Virus record (IMG/VR): IMGVR_UViG_3300020477_001447
Span: 1-64,000 of that record
Source of the DNA: a virus
Strand: one strand, 5' to 3'
DNA length: 64,000 bases
Shown here piece by piece: positions 36,637 to 47,611 of this stretch (position 1 is its first letter; each line of letters starts with the position of its first letter). The notes below the pieces were generated by a model, which saw only the letters and a list, made by a program, of their open reading frames with translations, had not been told where the DNA came from and did not search any database. The position numbers and the translations under genes were made by a program.

Positions 36637-37908
36637 ATGGACAAAAAAATTAAGATTTTTACTTTGAGCGATCACCCTTTATCTCCATCGGGTGTCGGTA
36701 CTCAGACTCGATATATGATCGAGGAAATGCTTAAAACTGGTAAATATCAGTTTGTAAGTTTTGGTGGAGCAATCAAACATCACGATTATAGACCTACGAG
36801 GACTGAAGAGTTTGGCGATGATTGGATTATATATCCAGTTGATGGTTATGGAGATCAAGATTCTATTAGATCGGTAATCTGGACAGAGAAGCCAGACGTT
36901 TTATGGTTTATGACAGACCCTAGGTTTTGGGGCTGGCTTTGGCAGATTGAAAATGAGATTAGAGCAAACGTGCCGATGGTCTATTACCACGTTTGGGATA
37001 ATAGGCCCTATCCTAATTTTAATAAAAGTTTCTACGACTCTAATGACAACATAGCGTGCATATCAAAGCTTACATATGAGGTTGTGCAAAATGTTTCACC
37101 GGATGTAGAATCGTCATACTTACCACACACTGTGAACACCGAAATCTTTAAAAAGCTCGATCCGGAGGTCATTGAACAATTCAGAGAAACTAGTATACCA
37201 CTTGAATACGAGCCAAACCGGGACAGAGTTTTGTTTTTTTGGAACAATCGAAATGCTAGAAGGAAACAGTCTGGCACTGTAGTCTGGTGGTTTAAAGAAT
37301 TTCTAGACATTGTTGGTCACAATAATGCTGCGCTTATAATGCACACAGAAACTGACGATGTACATGGTCAAGACTTGGAAGCTATTTCCCGCGAGCTTGG
37401 GTTAAACAATGGTCAGTTGGTTTTCTCCAGACAAAAGGTGCCAGCAGAAAACTTAGCCTTGGCTTACAACATGTGTGATTGTACTATTAATATTGCCGAT
37501 GCGGAAGGTTTTGGTTTAGCGACTTTAGAGTCTTTAGCCTGCGAAGTGCCAATTATTGTGACAATGACTGGTGGCCTACAGGAGCAAGTTACTGACGGAG
37601 AGAACTGGTTTGGTTTTGGTCTTGAGCCTGCAGCAAAAGCTATAATTGGCTCCCAGGAGGTGCCATACATCTATGAAGATCGTGTATCAAAAGAGGACTT
37701 TTTAGATGCAATGGTTAAGTTTTATAATATGACTAAAGAAGAAAGAGCGAAAATGGGTGCTGCTGGTAGAAATCACGTACTAACAAATTATTCTTTTGAA
37801 AAATATAGAACCAATTGGGACAACCTTTTTACCAAAGTGCATGAGGAATGTGGCTCCTGGGCTACGCGAAAGAATTACCAGTCTTGGGAGATGAAGGAAA
37901 TAAAATGA
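36637..37908 (+). CDS. glycosyltransferase family 4 (GT-B)
   Basis: SGVG.Q, RNARRKQ, AEGFGLATLESLAC. Confidence 0.88.
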   Translation: MDKKIKIFTLSDHPLSPSGVGTQTRYMIEEMLKTGKYQFVSFGGAIKHHDYRPTRTEEFGDDWIIYPVDGYGDQDSIRSVIWTEKPDVLWFMTDPRFWGWLWQIENEIRANVPMVYYHVWDNRPYPNFNKSFYDSNDNIACISKLTYEVVQNVSPDVESSYLPHTVNTEIFKKLDPEVIEQFRETSIPLEYEPNRDRVLFFWNNRNARRKQSGTVVWWFKEFLDIVGHNNAALIMHTETDDVHGQDLEAISRELGLNNGQLVFSRQKVPAENLALAYNMCDCTINIADAEGFGLATLESLACEVPIIVTMTGGLQEQVTDGENWFGFGLEPAAKAIIGSQEVPYIYEDRVSKEDFLDAMVKFYNMTKEERAKMGAAGRNHVLTNYSFEKYRTNWDNLFTKVHEECGSWATRKNYQSWEMKEIK

Positions 37909-39989
37909 GAAAAAAGATATTAGTTAAAGGCCCAGCCTTATCTCGTTCTGGGTATGGAGAGCAAACACGGTTTGCACTACGCTCCCTTCGCAGTCAAGAA
38001 GAAAAATATGATATTTATCTACAAAATATTCCGTGGGGTCAAACTGGGTGGATTTTTGATGATAACGAAGAGCGCACTTGGATTGATGCTTGTTTGGCTA
38101 AAAGTGTAGAATATGTTGCAGCAGGCGGCAAGTTCGACATGTCATTACAGGTTACAATACCAAATGAGTGGGAAAAATTAGCACCAGTGAACATAGGATA
38201 TACTGCCGGGATAGAAACAAATCAAATTTCACCAGCATGGATTGAAAAGACTGAAGTAGTTGATAAGATCATAACAATTTCAGAACACTCTAAGGATGGA
38301 TTCCTAAACACAGTATATGATGTACAAAATAAAGAAACTGGCCAAGTAGTAAAGGGTTACAGGTGTGAAACACCAGTAGAGGTGGTACACTATCCAGTAC
38401 GAAACGTTAAGCCGGCGAAACTAGATCTAGAACTAGAAAATGATTTTAACTTTTTAGTTTTAGCTCAGTGGGGTGTTAGAAAAAACCTAGAAAATACAAT
38501 ACGTTGGTTTGTTGAAGAGTTTATTGATAGAGATGTTGGCTTGGTTATTAAGACTAATGCCGCAAATGACTCTATTATGGACAGAGACCACTGCGAAAAA
38601 AGATTACAAGAGCTTTTGAGTGAGTATGAAAATAGGCAGTGCAAGGTTTATATGATCCACGGCACAATGAAAGAAGATGAGCTGGCTGGTCTTTACAATC
38701 ATCCTAAAATAAAAGCACTAATATCACTGACGCACGGTGAAGGCTACGGCTTGCCAATTTTTGAAGCCGCGTATTATGGTCTTCCAGTTATAACCGCTGG
38801 TTGGTCCGGACACGTTGATTTCTTATCAGCTCCGGTTAAAGAGAAGAACAAAAAAGTTAAAGTTAAGCCACTTTATGCAAAGGTAGACTTTGATGTAAAA
38901 CGTATTCAAAAAGAAGCTCGCTGGGAAGGTGTTATTGAGAAAAGGTCTGAATGGTGTTACCCGCGAGAAGGCAGCGCAAAGATGCGCATGCGCGAGGTTT
39001 ATAAAAGTCATGGAAGATTTAAGAGCAATGCACGAAAACTACAATCGTGGATCTTAGAAAATTTCACAGAAGAACAGAAGTATGAGCAATTTGCTAATGC
39101 TGTTTGTGACGAGAAGATTGATTTAGACTGTGATTATGTTTTTGTTAGTGACAGATTTGCTGATCAGGCCCCTGGCGGCGCAGAGTTAAGTTTTCAGGCT
39201 GTTATAGATACAGCCCCCGGAAAACATCTAAAACTAAACGCCTCAGATGTTAGTGAAAGCTTAATAGATACATTAAAAGATAAAACTTGGATTTTCTCTA
39301 ATTTTACAGCGATGGATAAATCCCTCGTTCCAAAGATCGCAGAAAACCTGAAGTATTACTTTATAGAATCAGATTATAAATACTGTGAACATAGATTACC
39401 ACAGCTGTGTCAGATCTTCAATGGTGGAGAGGACTGCGTTTGTGTCGAAAAGGACTCAGGTCAGTTGATTAAATTGTTCTGTGATAACGCACAGTTGTTG
39501 TTTTTCCGTTCCGAGAACCAACGCGCACATCACTTAAGTGCTCTGGATCTAAAAAAGAAGGACACTAGGATCATGTCTGCGGTCTTTACGGACGATGTAT
39601 TAAATTATATTCAAGCATTGCGCAAGGAATTTCTTAATAAGAAAGTAGATGTGTGGGTTGTCAGTTCTTCGCCTTCGTGGGTTAAGGGACATCAGGCTTC
39701 GAAGAAGTGGTGTGAAGAAAACAACAAACAAGTATTTGAGCTACATGGTAAGTCTTATAAGGAATCCCTTGCTTGTTTAGCACAGGCCCGCGGCCTCTGC
39801 GCACTCCCGCCAGGGTATGATACTTGTCCACGAATGGTTATTGAAGCGAAGTTGTTGGGTTGTGAACTGCAGTTAAACGAGAACGTTTTGCATGCTGATG
39901 AAAAGTGGTTCGCTACAGATGACATTGAAGCAATAGAAGCACACTTAAGATCAGTGGTGCCAACATTCTGGAAGGAAGTTTCAGTTTAA
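37905..39989 (+). CDS. two-domain glycosyltransferase (GT4 plus second GT-B-like domain)
   Basis: SRSGYG, RKN, HGEGYGLPIFEAA; second domain GGAE...DTCPRMVIEAKLLGC. Confidence 0.85.
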   Translation: MRKKILVKGPALSRSGYGEQTRFALRSLRSQEEKYDIYLQNIPWGQTGWIFDDNEERTWIDACLAKSVEYVAAGGKFDMSLQVTIPNEWEKLAPVNIGYTAGIETNQISPAWIEKTEVVDKIITISEHSKDGFLNTVYDVQNKETGQVVKGYRCETPVEVVHYPVRNVKPAKLDLELENDFNFLVLAQWGVRKNLENTIRWFVEEFIDRDVGLVIKTNAANDSIMDRDHCEKRLQELLSEYENRQCKVYMIHGTMKEDELAGLYNHPKIKALISLTHGEGYGLPIFEAAYYGLPVITAGWSGHVDFLSAPVKEKNKKVKVKPLYAKVDFDVKRIQKEARWEGVIEKRSEWCYPREGSAKMRMREVYKSHGRFKSNARKLQSWILENFTEEQKYEQFANAVCDEKIDLDCDYVFVSDRFADQAPGGAELSFQAVIDTAPGKHLKLNASDVSESLIDTLKDKTWIFSNFTAMDKSLVPKIAENLKYYFIESDYKYCEHRLPQLCQIFNGGEDCVCVEKDSGQLIKLFCDNAQLLFFRSENQRAHHLSALDLKKKDTRIMSAVFTDDVLNYIQALRKEFLNKKVDVWVVSSSPSWVKGHQASKKWCEENNKQVFELHGKSYKESLACLAQARGLCALPPGYDTCPRMVIEAKLLGCELQLNENVLHADEKWFATDDIEAIEAHLRSVVPTFWKEVSV

Positions 39990-39990
39990 T

Positions 39991-40743
39991 ATGACAGATC
40001 CTCATTTTAAAATTGTTACATCGATGTACAATGTTGAAAGCTGGATCAAAAGAACAGCGTTGAGCGTCAAGAATCAAAATTATACAAACTTTCAATGTGT
40101 GTTTGTTGATGACGCCTCCACTGACAAAACTGTTGAGATCTTAGAGGAGCTTGTTGGGGACGATGACAGATTCGCAATTCTTAAGAATTCGGATAAGAAA
40201 TATTCCCTAGGAAGAATATACGAGGGTATAGAACACGCTAAGCCACAAGATGAAGATATTATTCTCAGTGTAGACGGGGATGACTGGTTAGCAACAAAGA
40301 ACGTTTTAACTTACCTTAAGGACTTCTACGAGAAGGAACAATGCTGGATGACCTACGGAAGCTACATGGAGTTTCCAACTGGTATGAAGGGAATTGAAGC
40401 TTCTGCCTACTCTCCTGCGGTTATTCAAAGTAACACATATCGTACTGATCGTTGGCGAGCATCCCATTTAAGAACATTTAAATACAAGCTTTGGAAGAAT
40501 ATCAAGAAAGAAGATCTCTTAGATTGGAATGGGGATTTCTTTAAAACAACTATTGACAAAGCATTTATGTACCCTATGTTAGAGATGTCGGGTGACCGCG
40601 CCAAGTATATCGATGAGATACTTTATGTGTATAACTTGACCAATCCGCTTAATGTCCACAAAGCGCGCAGAGATCTGCAATTAAAAACAAATGATTATTT
40701 GAGAGGTAAAAAGGCATATGACCGCAAAGACGTACTGCATTAA
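39991..40743 (+). CDS. glycosyltransferase family 2
   Basis: YNVE.WI, VDDASTD, VDGDDWL. Confidence 0.88.
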   Translation: MTDPHFKIVTSMYNVESWIKRTALSVKNQNYTNFQCVFVDDASTDKTVEILEELVGDDDRFAILKNSDKKYSLGRIYEGIEHAKPQDEDIILSVDGDDWLATKNVLTYLKDFYEKEQCWMTYGSYMEFPTGMKGIEASAYSPAVIQSNTYRTDRWRASHLRTFKYKLWKNIKKEDLLDWNGDFFKTTIDKAFMYPMLEMSGDRAKYIDEILYVYNLTNPLNVHKARRDLQLKTNDYLRGKKAYDRKDVLH

Positions 40744-41338
40744 AGAAGGATATGTTACGAGAGACGAATATATCCAGAATATACAAATAGGATCTGGAGA
40801 CAAGTTTCAAGATCGAGTATACGCAAAGGCTCGCGAAGTTTGTGAGCGCAATAACTGCATGACTGTTTTAGATATTGGATGCGGATCTGGCTATAAACTG
40901 ATAAAATATTTTAGTGATAAAATTTTTTTAGGATTAGAACTAGAGCCAAACTTAAGTTGGCTCAAAGAAACTTACCCACACTATCACTTTCAACTCTCTG
41001 ACTTCGACAACCCTCCCGGTGGTCGTTTTGATTTGGTTATTTGCTCTGATGTTATTGAACACCTTTTAGATCCGGATCAATTATTAGAGTTTGTACAAAA
41101 ATTAAATTTTGGTACGTTTGTAGTTTCCACTCCGGAGAGGGATAACATGCAGTTATTACAAAAAGGATTTACCTGGGATGGACCTCCTCATAACCAGTAT
41201 CACGTTAGAGAGTGGACAGAGGATGAATTTGAACAGTACATTTCTGAAACATTTAACATACAAGAACAAGTATTAACAAAAGGCGAAGAGGTCAGCACAG
41301 TAAATGAATGTCAGATCGTTGTTGCAACTAGAAAATGA
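40718..41338 (+). CDS. class I SAM-dependent methyltransferase
   Basis: VLDIGCGSG, DLVICSDVIEH, STP, HVREW. Confidence 0.88.
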   Translation: MTAKTYCIKEGYVTRDEYIQNIQIGSGDKFQDRVYAKAREVCERNNCMTVLDIGCGSGYKLIKYFSDKIFLGLELEPNLSWLKETYPHYHFQLSDFDNPPGGRFDLVICSDVIEHLLDPDQLLEFVQKLNFGTFVVSTPERDNMQLLQKGFTWDGPPHNQYHVREWTEDEFEQYISETFNIQEQVLTKGEEVSTVNECQIVVATRK

Positions 41339-42243
41339 AAATCTTTTTAGATAATGTAAATCTGAATTCAACTAGTGGGCCAAACCACTTTGGTACAAAA
41401 CTAAACAAGTATATTAGTCGTCTTGGTGCGACTTGCACAACTAATCTTGATGAATCAAGTTTGGATGTACAGCTGTCATTTATTGAATCAATTCAAAATT
41501 CTAATTTGCCATTAGTTCAAAGATTAGATGGTATCTATTTTGATATTGATACTGATAACAAACTCATGAATTCAAATTTACAGAAAACATACGAGAATTC
41601 TGCAGGTGTTATATTCCAGTCTGAATACTGCAGAGACTTATGTTTTAAATATTTAGGTGCGCATGATAACCATACTGTCATTCATAATGGCGCAGACTAT
41701 GAGTTGATTGATGAGATAGAACCTCTTCAAGATTCGCTCCTTGATAAGTTTGATACAGTTTGGACCTGTGCCAGCCGTTGGCGACCTTGGAAGCGATTAA
41801 GGCAAAATGTTGAATATTTTATTAATTTTTCTGGAGAGAACGATTGCTTAGTAGTTGCCGGTAACCCCCCCGACGATGAGGTGGTAAAGCACAACAGAGT
41901 GTTCTATGTGGGGCGCTTACCTGTTGACATACTGTTTTCTTTATATAAGAGGTCTAAGTATTTTATACACTTAGCAAGATATGACGCTTGTCCAAACGTT
42001 GTTGTTGACGCAAGAGCTAGTGGGTGTCAGATTATTTGTTCTTCGCTGGCTGGAACTAAAGAGGTCGCCGGCCCAAATGCTTTGGTAGTTGAAGATGTGC
42101 CGTGGGACTTAGAGCCCGTCAGCACATCACGAATACCAGATATTAAGTTTGATAATGTAACAAAGAACACATACAATACAAATATTGATATGACCTTTGT
42201 TGCAAAAAATTACTTAAACTTTTTACAAAAAACTTTACAATAG
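41335..42243 (+). CDS. glycosyltransferase family 4-like
   Basis: SGPN.F, QRLDG, IHNG, WRPWKRL, DACPNVVVDA.ASG. Confidence 0.8.
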   Translation: MKIFLDNVNLNSTSGPNHFGTKLNKYISRLGATCTTNLDESSLDVQLSFIESIQNSNLPLVQRLDGIYFDIDTDNKLMNSNLQKTYENSAGVIFQSEYCRDLCFKYLGAHDNHTVIHNGADYELIDEIEPLQDSLLDKFDTVWTCASRWRPWKRLRQNVEYFINFSGENDCLVVAGNPPDDEVVKHNRVFYVGRLPVDILFSLYKRSKYFIHLARYDACPNVVVDARASGCQIICSSLAGTKEVAGPNALVVEDVPWDLEPVSTSRIPDIKFDNVTKNTYNTNIDMTFVAKNYLNFLQKTLQ

Positions 42244-42250
42244 GATTATT

Positions 42251-43099
42251 ATGTTACTACAAAAACAAGTTGATAAATTTATCATGAATTTGAATGTCGC
42301 TGATGGCGGCATTTCTAATGTTCTCTATCACGTTGGTGAGAGAGAATTGGCATTTATGTCTCTTTTGCGCGAAACCGTTGAAGAGGGAATGACATGCGTG
42401 GACCTAGGAAGCAATATTGGTTATACAACCCTTTTTATGCTAGACAAGGTGGGTGAAACGGGCAGGGTGTATGCTATTGAACCCGATCCAAACAACCTAG
42501 GGCTTCTGCAAAGCAACATACGCCAAAATAATTACACCTCTATATGCGAGGTTACGCAGTGTGCAATATCAGATACAGATGGTCAGTTAGATTTCTGGCA
42601 GGCTAGTGCTCCAAACTTGAGCAGTATTACTAAGCACAAGAACAGCACCCATAAGATTACAGTTGATTCATTCTGTCTTAACACTTTCTTATCTAGTCGT
42701 GAATATCCAAACTTTCTTAAGATGGATGTTGAAGGCGGGGAAGTTAAGATCTTTGAAGGAGGTTTAGACTATTTTACCAAAAATAGAGGTACAACTCATT
42801 TCTTGGTGGAGGTCCACCCAGCAACTTATAATGAAGAGAATGATTTTGAAGCAATCCTAAAAAAGTATTTCGAAATAGGATTTAGCCCAAAGTATGTTGT
42901 AACAACTCCAGTTCCGCAACCTACCTTGTTCGCAGAGGCCGGATACACACCTGCCCGTACTGTAGAAACAGATGGATTTCATCGTGGAGTATATGACGAT
43001 ATATCAAATGAGCACTTGTTAGAGTTTGCCTGCAGGGAGCACCAAGAGGGTCGCAGTAAGAAGATCGTTAGAAGTTTCATGCTTTCACGCGAGGAATAG
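42251..43099 (+). CDS. FkbM-family methyltransferase
   Basis: DLGSNIGY, AIEPDP.N, LKMDVEGGE, VEVH. Confidence 0.88.
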   Translation: MLLQKQVDKFIMNLNVADGGISNVLYHVGERELAFMSLLRETVEEGMTCVDLGSNIGYTTLFMLDKVGETGRVYAIEPDPNNLGLLQSNIRQNNYTSICEVTQCAISDTDGQLDFWQASAPNLSSITKHKNSTHKITVDSFCLNTFLSSREYPNFLKMDVEGGEVKIFEGGLDYFTKNRGTTHFLVEVHPATYNEENDFEAILKKYFEIGFSPKYVVTTPVPQPTLFAEAGYTPARTVETDGFHRGVYDDISNEHLLEFACREHQEGRSKKIVRSFMLSREE

Positions 43100-43105
43100 C
43101 TTTAA

Positions 43106-43798
43106 ATGTATTTTGAAAAAGGCTTGAATGATTTTGGTATTGTTCTGAAGGGGGCTAGTGTAGCGAGGTTACCAAAGATAGTTGATAACTATCAAGATTG
43201 CTACATGGTTAATAATTTTGATCGCAATGCGGACAACAATGACTCTGAGTGGACCTTAGTAGCCCCCTTGCTCTCTGGTAAGAACGTTGCTCATTTTGTC
43301 AATAGACTAGAGACAGCACCGCTTTTAAAAGAACATTATGAAGAATTAAATATTAAGCACATTCAATTTACAAAAACCCAACTAGATCAGCGCCTATCCG
43401 ACATGAAAGGTTTGTACGAAAGTTATAACCTAACCTGTCACACACTCCCAGAGGAACTGTTAGAATATAACAGTTTCTTTACGGACAAATACTATATGCG
43501 ACCCGGGGACTCCAACTACGCGGAGAAGCATCCAAATACTGGTGTACTATCAATTATTTACGCAGCTCATATTTTAAAACCTAAAAACTTATGGATAGCT
43601 GGTTTAGATTTTTATCAAAACGATTATCTTTTCCGACGACCGTGGATTGCACCATTGAAAAATCAGCAGTTAAAAATGAGAAATACTCAAATGGTAGAAC
43701 ATTTTGTAGAGGTAATAAAAAAGCATCCAGACATCAATTTTAAAATGATTACAAATGCGAATCTGCCTCCATTGCAAAATTTGGAGATTATAGAATGA
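43106..43798 (+). CDS. GT29/Maf-like putative nonulosonate transferase
   Basis: IVLKGAS..; PNTGVLSIIYA...LWIAGLDFY resembles sialylmotif S. Confidence 0.5.
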   Translation: MYFEKGLNDFGIVLKGASVARLPKIVDNYQDCYMVNNFDRNADNNDSEWTLVAPLLSGKNVAHFVNRLETAPLLKEHYEELNIKHIQFTKTQLDQRLSDMKGLYESYNLTCHTLPEELLEYNSFFTDKYYMRPGDSNYAEKHPNTGVLSIIYAAHILKPKNLWIAGLDFYQNDYLFRRPWIAPLKNQQLKMRNTQMVEHFVEVIKKHPDINFKMITNANLPPLQNLEIIE

Positions 43799-44571
43799 CA
43801 ATTCAAAATTTTTTAGAAAAGATTAAGCCGAATAAAGAATACAATGATTATCTTAGTGGTAAGCGGGTGGCGATTGTCGGCCCATCAAAACATATGTTGG
43901 CTTATGATGCCGGCACCTTAATTGATGATTATGATGTGGTTATTCGAATGAAGTGGGTAGATATCCTACCTTTGGCAGAACACTGTGATGGAAAATATGT
44001 CAAGCATGTTGGCAGCAAGACAGACGTTGTTTATGGCAACAGGTTCTTAATTGTCAACAATATGATGCAGGAGTATTTGGAATACTTTAAAAAATCAGGC
44101 ATTGATCATTATAGGATCCCTGATAATAAAATTTCAAATCACTTCTTTTCGAAAGACTTAGCTTGCGGAACAACATATACAGAGTATTCTTGCGGAGAGT
44201 TTGGTGTACAATACCAGCAATCACTAGGAACTTCAGATACAAGATATTGGCCGCAAACAGGAACAGTAGCGATCATGGAAGCAATTGCTAGTGATGCCGC
44301 CGAGGTTTTTATTAGTGGCATAACAATGTATCATGGCGGGGGTCACATTTTTCAAAAGAATAAAAACCCAACTCACAATCAACCGATAGTTGGAAAACAT
44401 CACGGCGTGCTAGAATTATCAATGTTGATAGATTGTTTTGATCTGCCAGAAAATCAGGGGAGAATAAGGGTTGATGAATTTTTGTACAATATTATGAACT
44501 TTCATAAGCAAGGCACCCCAACAAAAGAGATTACAAAGATTATAAATAAGCGTGTAAATGATTTGGTATGA
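43795..44571 (+). CDS. GT29-like sialyltransferase
   Basis: Sialylmotif L KRVAIVGPS...G.LIDDYDVVIRM...VGSKTD; motif S PQTG..AI...V.ISG..MY; VS-like HH...E. Confidence 0.75.
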   Translation: MTIQNFLEKIKPNKEYNDYLSGKRVAIVGPSKHMLAYDAGTLIDDYDVVIRMKWVDILPLAEHCDGKYVKHVGSKTDVVYGNRFLIVNNMMQEYLEYFKKSGIDHYRIPDNKISNHFFSKDLACGTTYTEYSCGEFGVQYQQSLGTSDTRYWPQTGTVAIMEAIASDAAEVFISGITMYHGGGHIFQKNKNPTHNQPIVGKHHGVLELSMLIDCFDLPENQGRIRVDEFLYNIMNFHKQGTPTKEITKIINKRVNDLV

Positions 44572-45245
44572 TAGGCAACAAAAAAGTTTTAGCAGTCACC
44601 CTCGCCCGCGGTGGCTCGAAAAAGATTCCAAGAAAAAACATAATAGATATTAATGGAAAGCCTCTGTTGGGCTACACAACAGAAGTAGTACAAAAAAGCA
44701 AGTATGTTGATGCGCATATCGTGTCGACAGATGATACAGAAATATCTATTGTAGCACAATTGTGTGGAGCCTCAGTACATATGAGAGATCCATCTTTAGC
44801 CTTAGACACTACAACTTCTGCTGCAGCACTTTTAGATGTGGCAAAAAAACATCCAGATTACGACTATGTGGTTGAAGTAATGGCAACAAATCCATTAAAA
44901 ACCACAGAAGACCTTGACAACGTAATAAAAAAGCTTTATGATACTGGTGCAGACTCTGTTGTGTCGGTGGTTAGAATATGGGACCAGCACCCTTCTAGAG
45001 TTAAATATATTAAGGACGATAAGCTAATGGACTTTTATCCAGAAATACCAGAGTCCCGCCGGCAGGATTTGACACCAGCAGCGTATGTTCGCAATGGCAG
45101 TATCTATGCAACAACTATGAAATCATTTTTGGAGCACAAAGTTCGTTTAGGTCCGGACACGCGACCACATATTATGTCAGAAGAGAACACAATTAACATT
45201 GATGAGCCTAGGGATTTAGAATTAGCGAGAATTTTATTAAAATGA
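44568..45245 (+). CDS. neuA: CMP-nonulosonate synthetase (acylneuraminate cytidylyltransferase)
   Basis: ARGGSKKIPRKN, VSTDD, TNPL, RRQDL, NGSIY, NIDE..D. Confidence 0.9.
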   Translation: MIGNKKVLAVTLARGGSKKIPRKNIIDINGKPLLGYTTEVVQKSKYVDAHIVSTDDTEISIVAQLCGASVHMRDPSLALDTTTSAAALLDVAKKHPDYDYVVEVMATNPLKTTEDLDNVIKKLYDTGADSVVSVVRIWDQHPSRVKYIKDDKLMDFYPEIPESRRQDLTPAAYVRNGSIYATTMKSFLEHKVRLGPDTRPHIMSEENTINIDEPRDLELARILLK

Positions 45246-46174
45246 AAATTATATGCATAACTCCAATCACAGACACGATGATGGAAAACCTCCAGAGCCG
45301 CGGCAGCGTAACATATTGTCCAAATATTAACAAAAACGACCTGTCAGTTGCTCTACAAGAGGGTTATGACGTAATCTTTACCAACCCTAACAAGCAGGGG
45401 TTTATGCTCGATAAAGAGCTTCTGGGGCCCTCTAGCGTGTCTGTTATATGTACAGCATCCACTGGGACGAACCATATTGACAAAAAATACTGCGAAAGTA
45501 ACGATATTACTGTGCTTTCCATAACGACTGATTATCACTTACTCAGGAAAATTACATCTACAGCTGAGCACTCTTTTGGGCTTATGTTATCGTTATTGAG
45601 AAATGTCCCCCGCGCACAGCAGTCTGTATTAGATGGTGGCTGGAACTGGGAGCCCTTTTTGGGCCGACAAATTAATTCATTAAAAGTTGGAATTGTTGGC
45701 TTTGGCCGCCTAGGCGAAATGATGGCTCACTACTGTGACTCATTCGGCGCCGGCGTTTATATACATGATCCTTATAAGAGTTCTAAATTTAGATATATGC
45801 AGTCTCAGTCGTTGGAATCTTTGTTTAAAACATGCGACGTTGTTTCTTTACATGTACATGTCACAGATGAGACGCGACATTTTATTAACAAAGAGCTATT
45901 GCAAAATATAACATCTCCTGTATACTTGATTAACACCTCTCGCGGAGAAGTTGTTGATGAAAAAGATATTGTATCTATGTTAGAATCAGGTAAACTAGCC
46001 GGCTATGCTACAGATGTTGTTGAAAACGAATTTGACAATATTAACGATAGCCCGATCATCCAACGAATGGATGATCTAAACATCATTGTAACTCCACATA
46101 TTGGTGGAATGACTAGTGACGCAAGAGAGTTGGCTTATAATGGAGCGATTAACAAATTGGAGAATTTAACATGA
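45242..46174 (+). CDS. D-isomer-specific 2-hydroxyacid dehydrogenase
   Basis: STGTNHID, TAEH, GFGRLG, SLHV, INTSRG, TDV..E, TPHIGG. Confidence 0.9.
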   Translation: MKIICITPITDTMMENLQSRGSVTYCPNINKNDLSVALQEGYDVIFTNPNKQGFMLDKELLGPSSVSVICTASTGTNHIDKKYCESNDITVLSITTDYHLLRKITSTAEHSFGLMLSLLRNVPRAQQSVLDGGWNWEPFLGRQINSLKVGIVGFGRLGEMMAHYCDSFGAGVYIHDPYKSSKFRYMQSQSLESLFKTCDVVSLHVHVTDETRHFINKELLQNITSPVYLINTSRGEVVDEKDIVSMLESGKLAGYATDVVENEFDNINDSPIIQRMDDLNIIVTPHIGGMTSDARELAYNGAINKLENLT

Positions 46175-46974
46175 CAGAAATTATTGCTGAAATTGGTTGG
46201 AACCATATGGGAGATTTAGAACTAGCAGAAACTATGATCCGCGCCGCTGCAGAAAATGGTGCGACGTATGCTAAGTTTCAAACTTGGTCTGTTTCGAGAC
46301 TAAAAGATGGTGAGTGGAATCTAGATGGCCGTCGCCAAATCTACGAGAATGCAGAGCTGTCTGCAGACGACCATGTTAGTTTGATTAACCTTTGCGATAA
46401 GCATGGGATTAAATTTCTATCTTCAGTATTTAGCGTGCCTGATGCGGAGTTGTTAGTCGGTTTAAACCAAACTCATGCTGTTAAAATTCCAAGCTTTGAG
46501 TGTAGGAACGTCGAGCTAGTTGATTATTGTAATGAGCACTTTGAGAAGGTTTATATGTCCACAGGTACATCAAAGTGGGCAGAGTTGAGGGAGATGGTAC
46601 CTAGGATTAATAAAGCTGAGCTTGTTTTACTTCATTGTGTATCATCCTACCCATGTGAGCCAAACATGGCAAACATTTCAAAGTTGACAGATTTGAAGGA
46701 ACTGTGTCCACGAATTGGCTATAGCGATCATATTATGGGTGTTGAGTCTGCAAAGGTTGCTTTGGCTTATGGTTTGAATGTAGTTGAGAAACACTTTACA
46801 GTAGACCATGATCTTCCAGGCAGGGATAATAAATTTGCGATATTGCCCGAGGAGTTAGGTGATTTGTCAAGTTTTATTAAGCTGGTTGACCAGATGCATG
46901 AGTATCATGGTCTAGACTATCAGCCGGCTGAAGAGGGTGCAAGAAATGAATACTCAGGTAGGTTCAATGGCTGA
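46171..46974 (+). CDS. neuB: N-acetylneuraminate/nonulosonate synthase (no C-terminal SAF domain)
   Basis: IAEIGWNHMG, KFQ, KIPS, STG, LHCVSSYP, GYSDH, EKHFT. Confidence 0.9.
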   Translation: MTEIIAEIGWNHMGDLELAETMIRAAAENGATYAKFQTWSVSRLKDGEWNLDGRRQIYENAELSADDHVSLINLCDKHGIKFLSSVFSVPDAELLVGLNQTHAVKIPSFECRNVELVDYCNEHFEKVYMSTGTSKWAELREMVPRINKAELVLLHCVSSYPCEPNMANISKLTDLKELCPRIGYSDHIMGVESAKVALAYGLNVVEKHFTVDHDLPGRDNKFAILPEELGDLSSFIKLVDQMHEYHGLDYQPAEEGARNEYSGRFNG

Positions 46975-47611
46975 CAATCTTTCTATTATTATTCGAAATA
47001 GAAATGAAGAAAACTGGATAGGTTATGCGATCCAGTCTTGTTTGGACACGTTTAATGATCCGGAGATCATAATTGTTGATAACAACTCAATTGATCAATC
47101 TATGGAAATCGTTAATGAATTCTGTTTTTCAAACATCAAAATAATGCAAATTGATAATTATTCTCCGGGGCGGTCACTTAACATGGCAGTTCGCGCTGCA
47201 TCGAATGATACAATCTTAGTTTTATCTGCACATAGCGTTATTACAAGGCCCATTAATTTAGATCGAGTTAAATCGAACTTAAGACAGCATGCCGCTGTAT
47301 TTGGAAAGCAGACGCCCGTATATAGGGGCCGTAAGATTACAAAACGGTATGTGTGGTCCCACTTCACAGATGAATCTGTAGTCAACATGTGGTCTGATGC
47401 AGAGGAAAGACACTTTTTACACAATGCTTTTTGTTTTTATGATAAAAGCGTTCTATTAGAGAATAAATTTGATGAGAGACTTTCTGGTAAAGAAGACCGC
47501 TATTGGGCTAACAAGGTTGTTTCTCGTGGTTTCACGTATTTGTATGATGTTGAATTGCAGTGTGACCACCACTGGACCCCAGCCGGAAACACATGGAAGG
47601 GCTTAGGCTAG
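46967..47611 (+). CDS. glycosyltransferase family 2
   Basis: SIIIRNRNE, VDNNS.D, LSAH, FDE...KEDRYW. Confidence 0.85.
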   Translation: MADNLSIIIRNRNEENWIGYAIQSCLDTFNDPEIIIVDNNSIDQSMEIVNEFCFSNIKIMQIDNYSPGRSLNMAVRAASNDTILVLSAHSVITRPINLDRVKSNLRQHAAVFGKQTPVYRGRKITKRYVWSHFTDESVVNMWSDAEERHFLHNAFCFYDKSVLLENKFDERLSGKEDRYWANKVVSRGFTYLYDVELQCDHHWTPAGNTWKGLG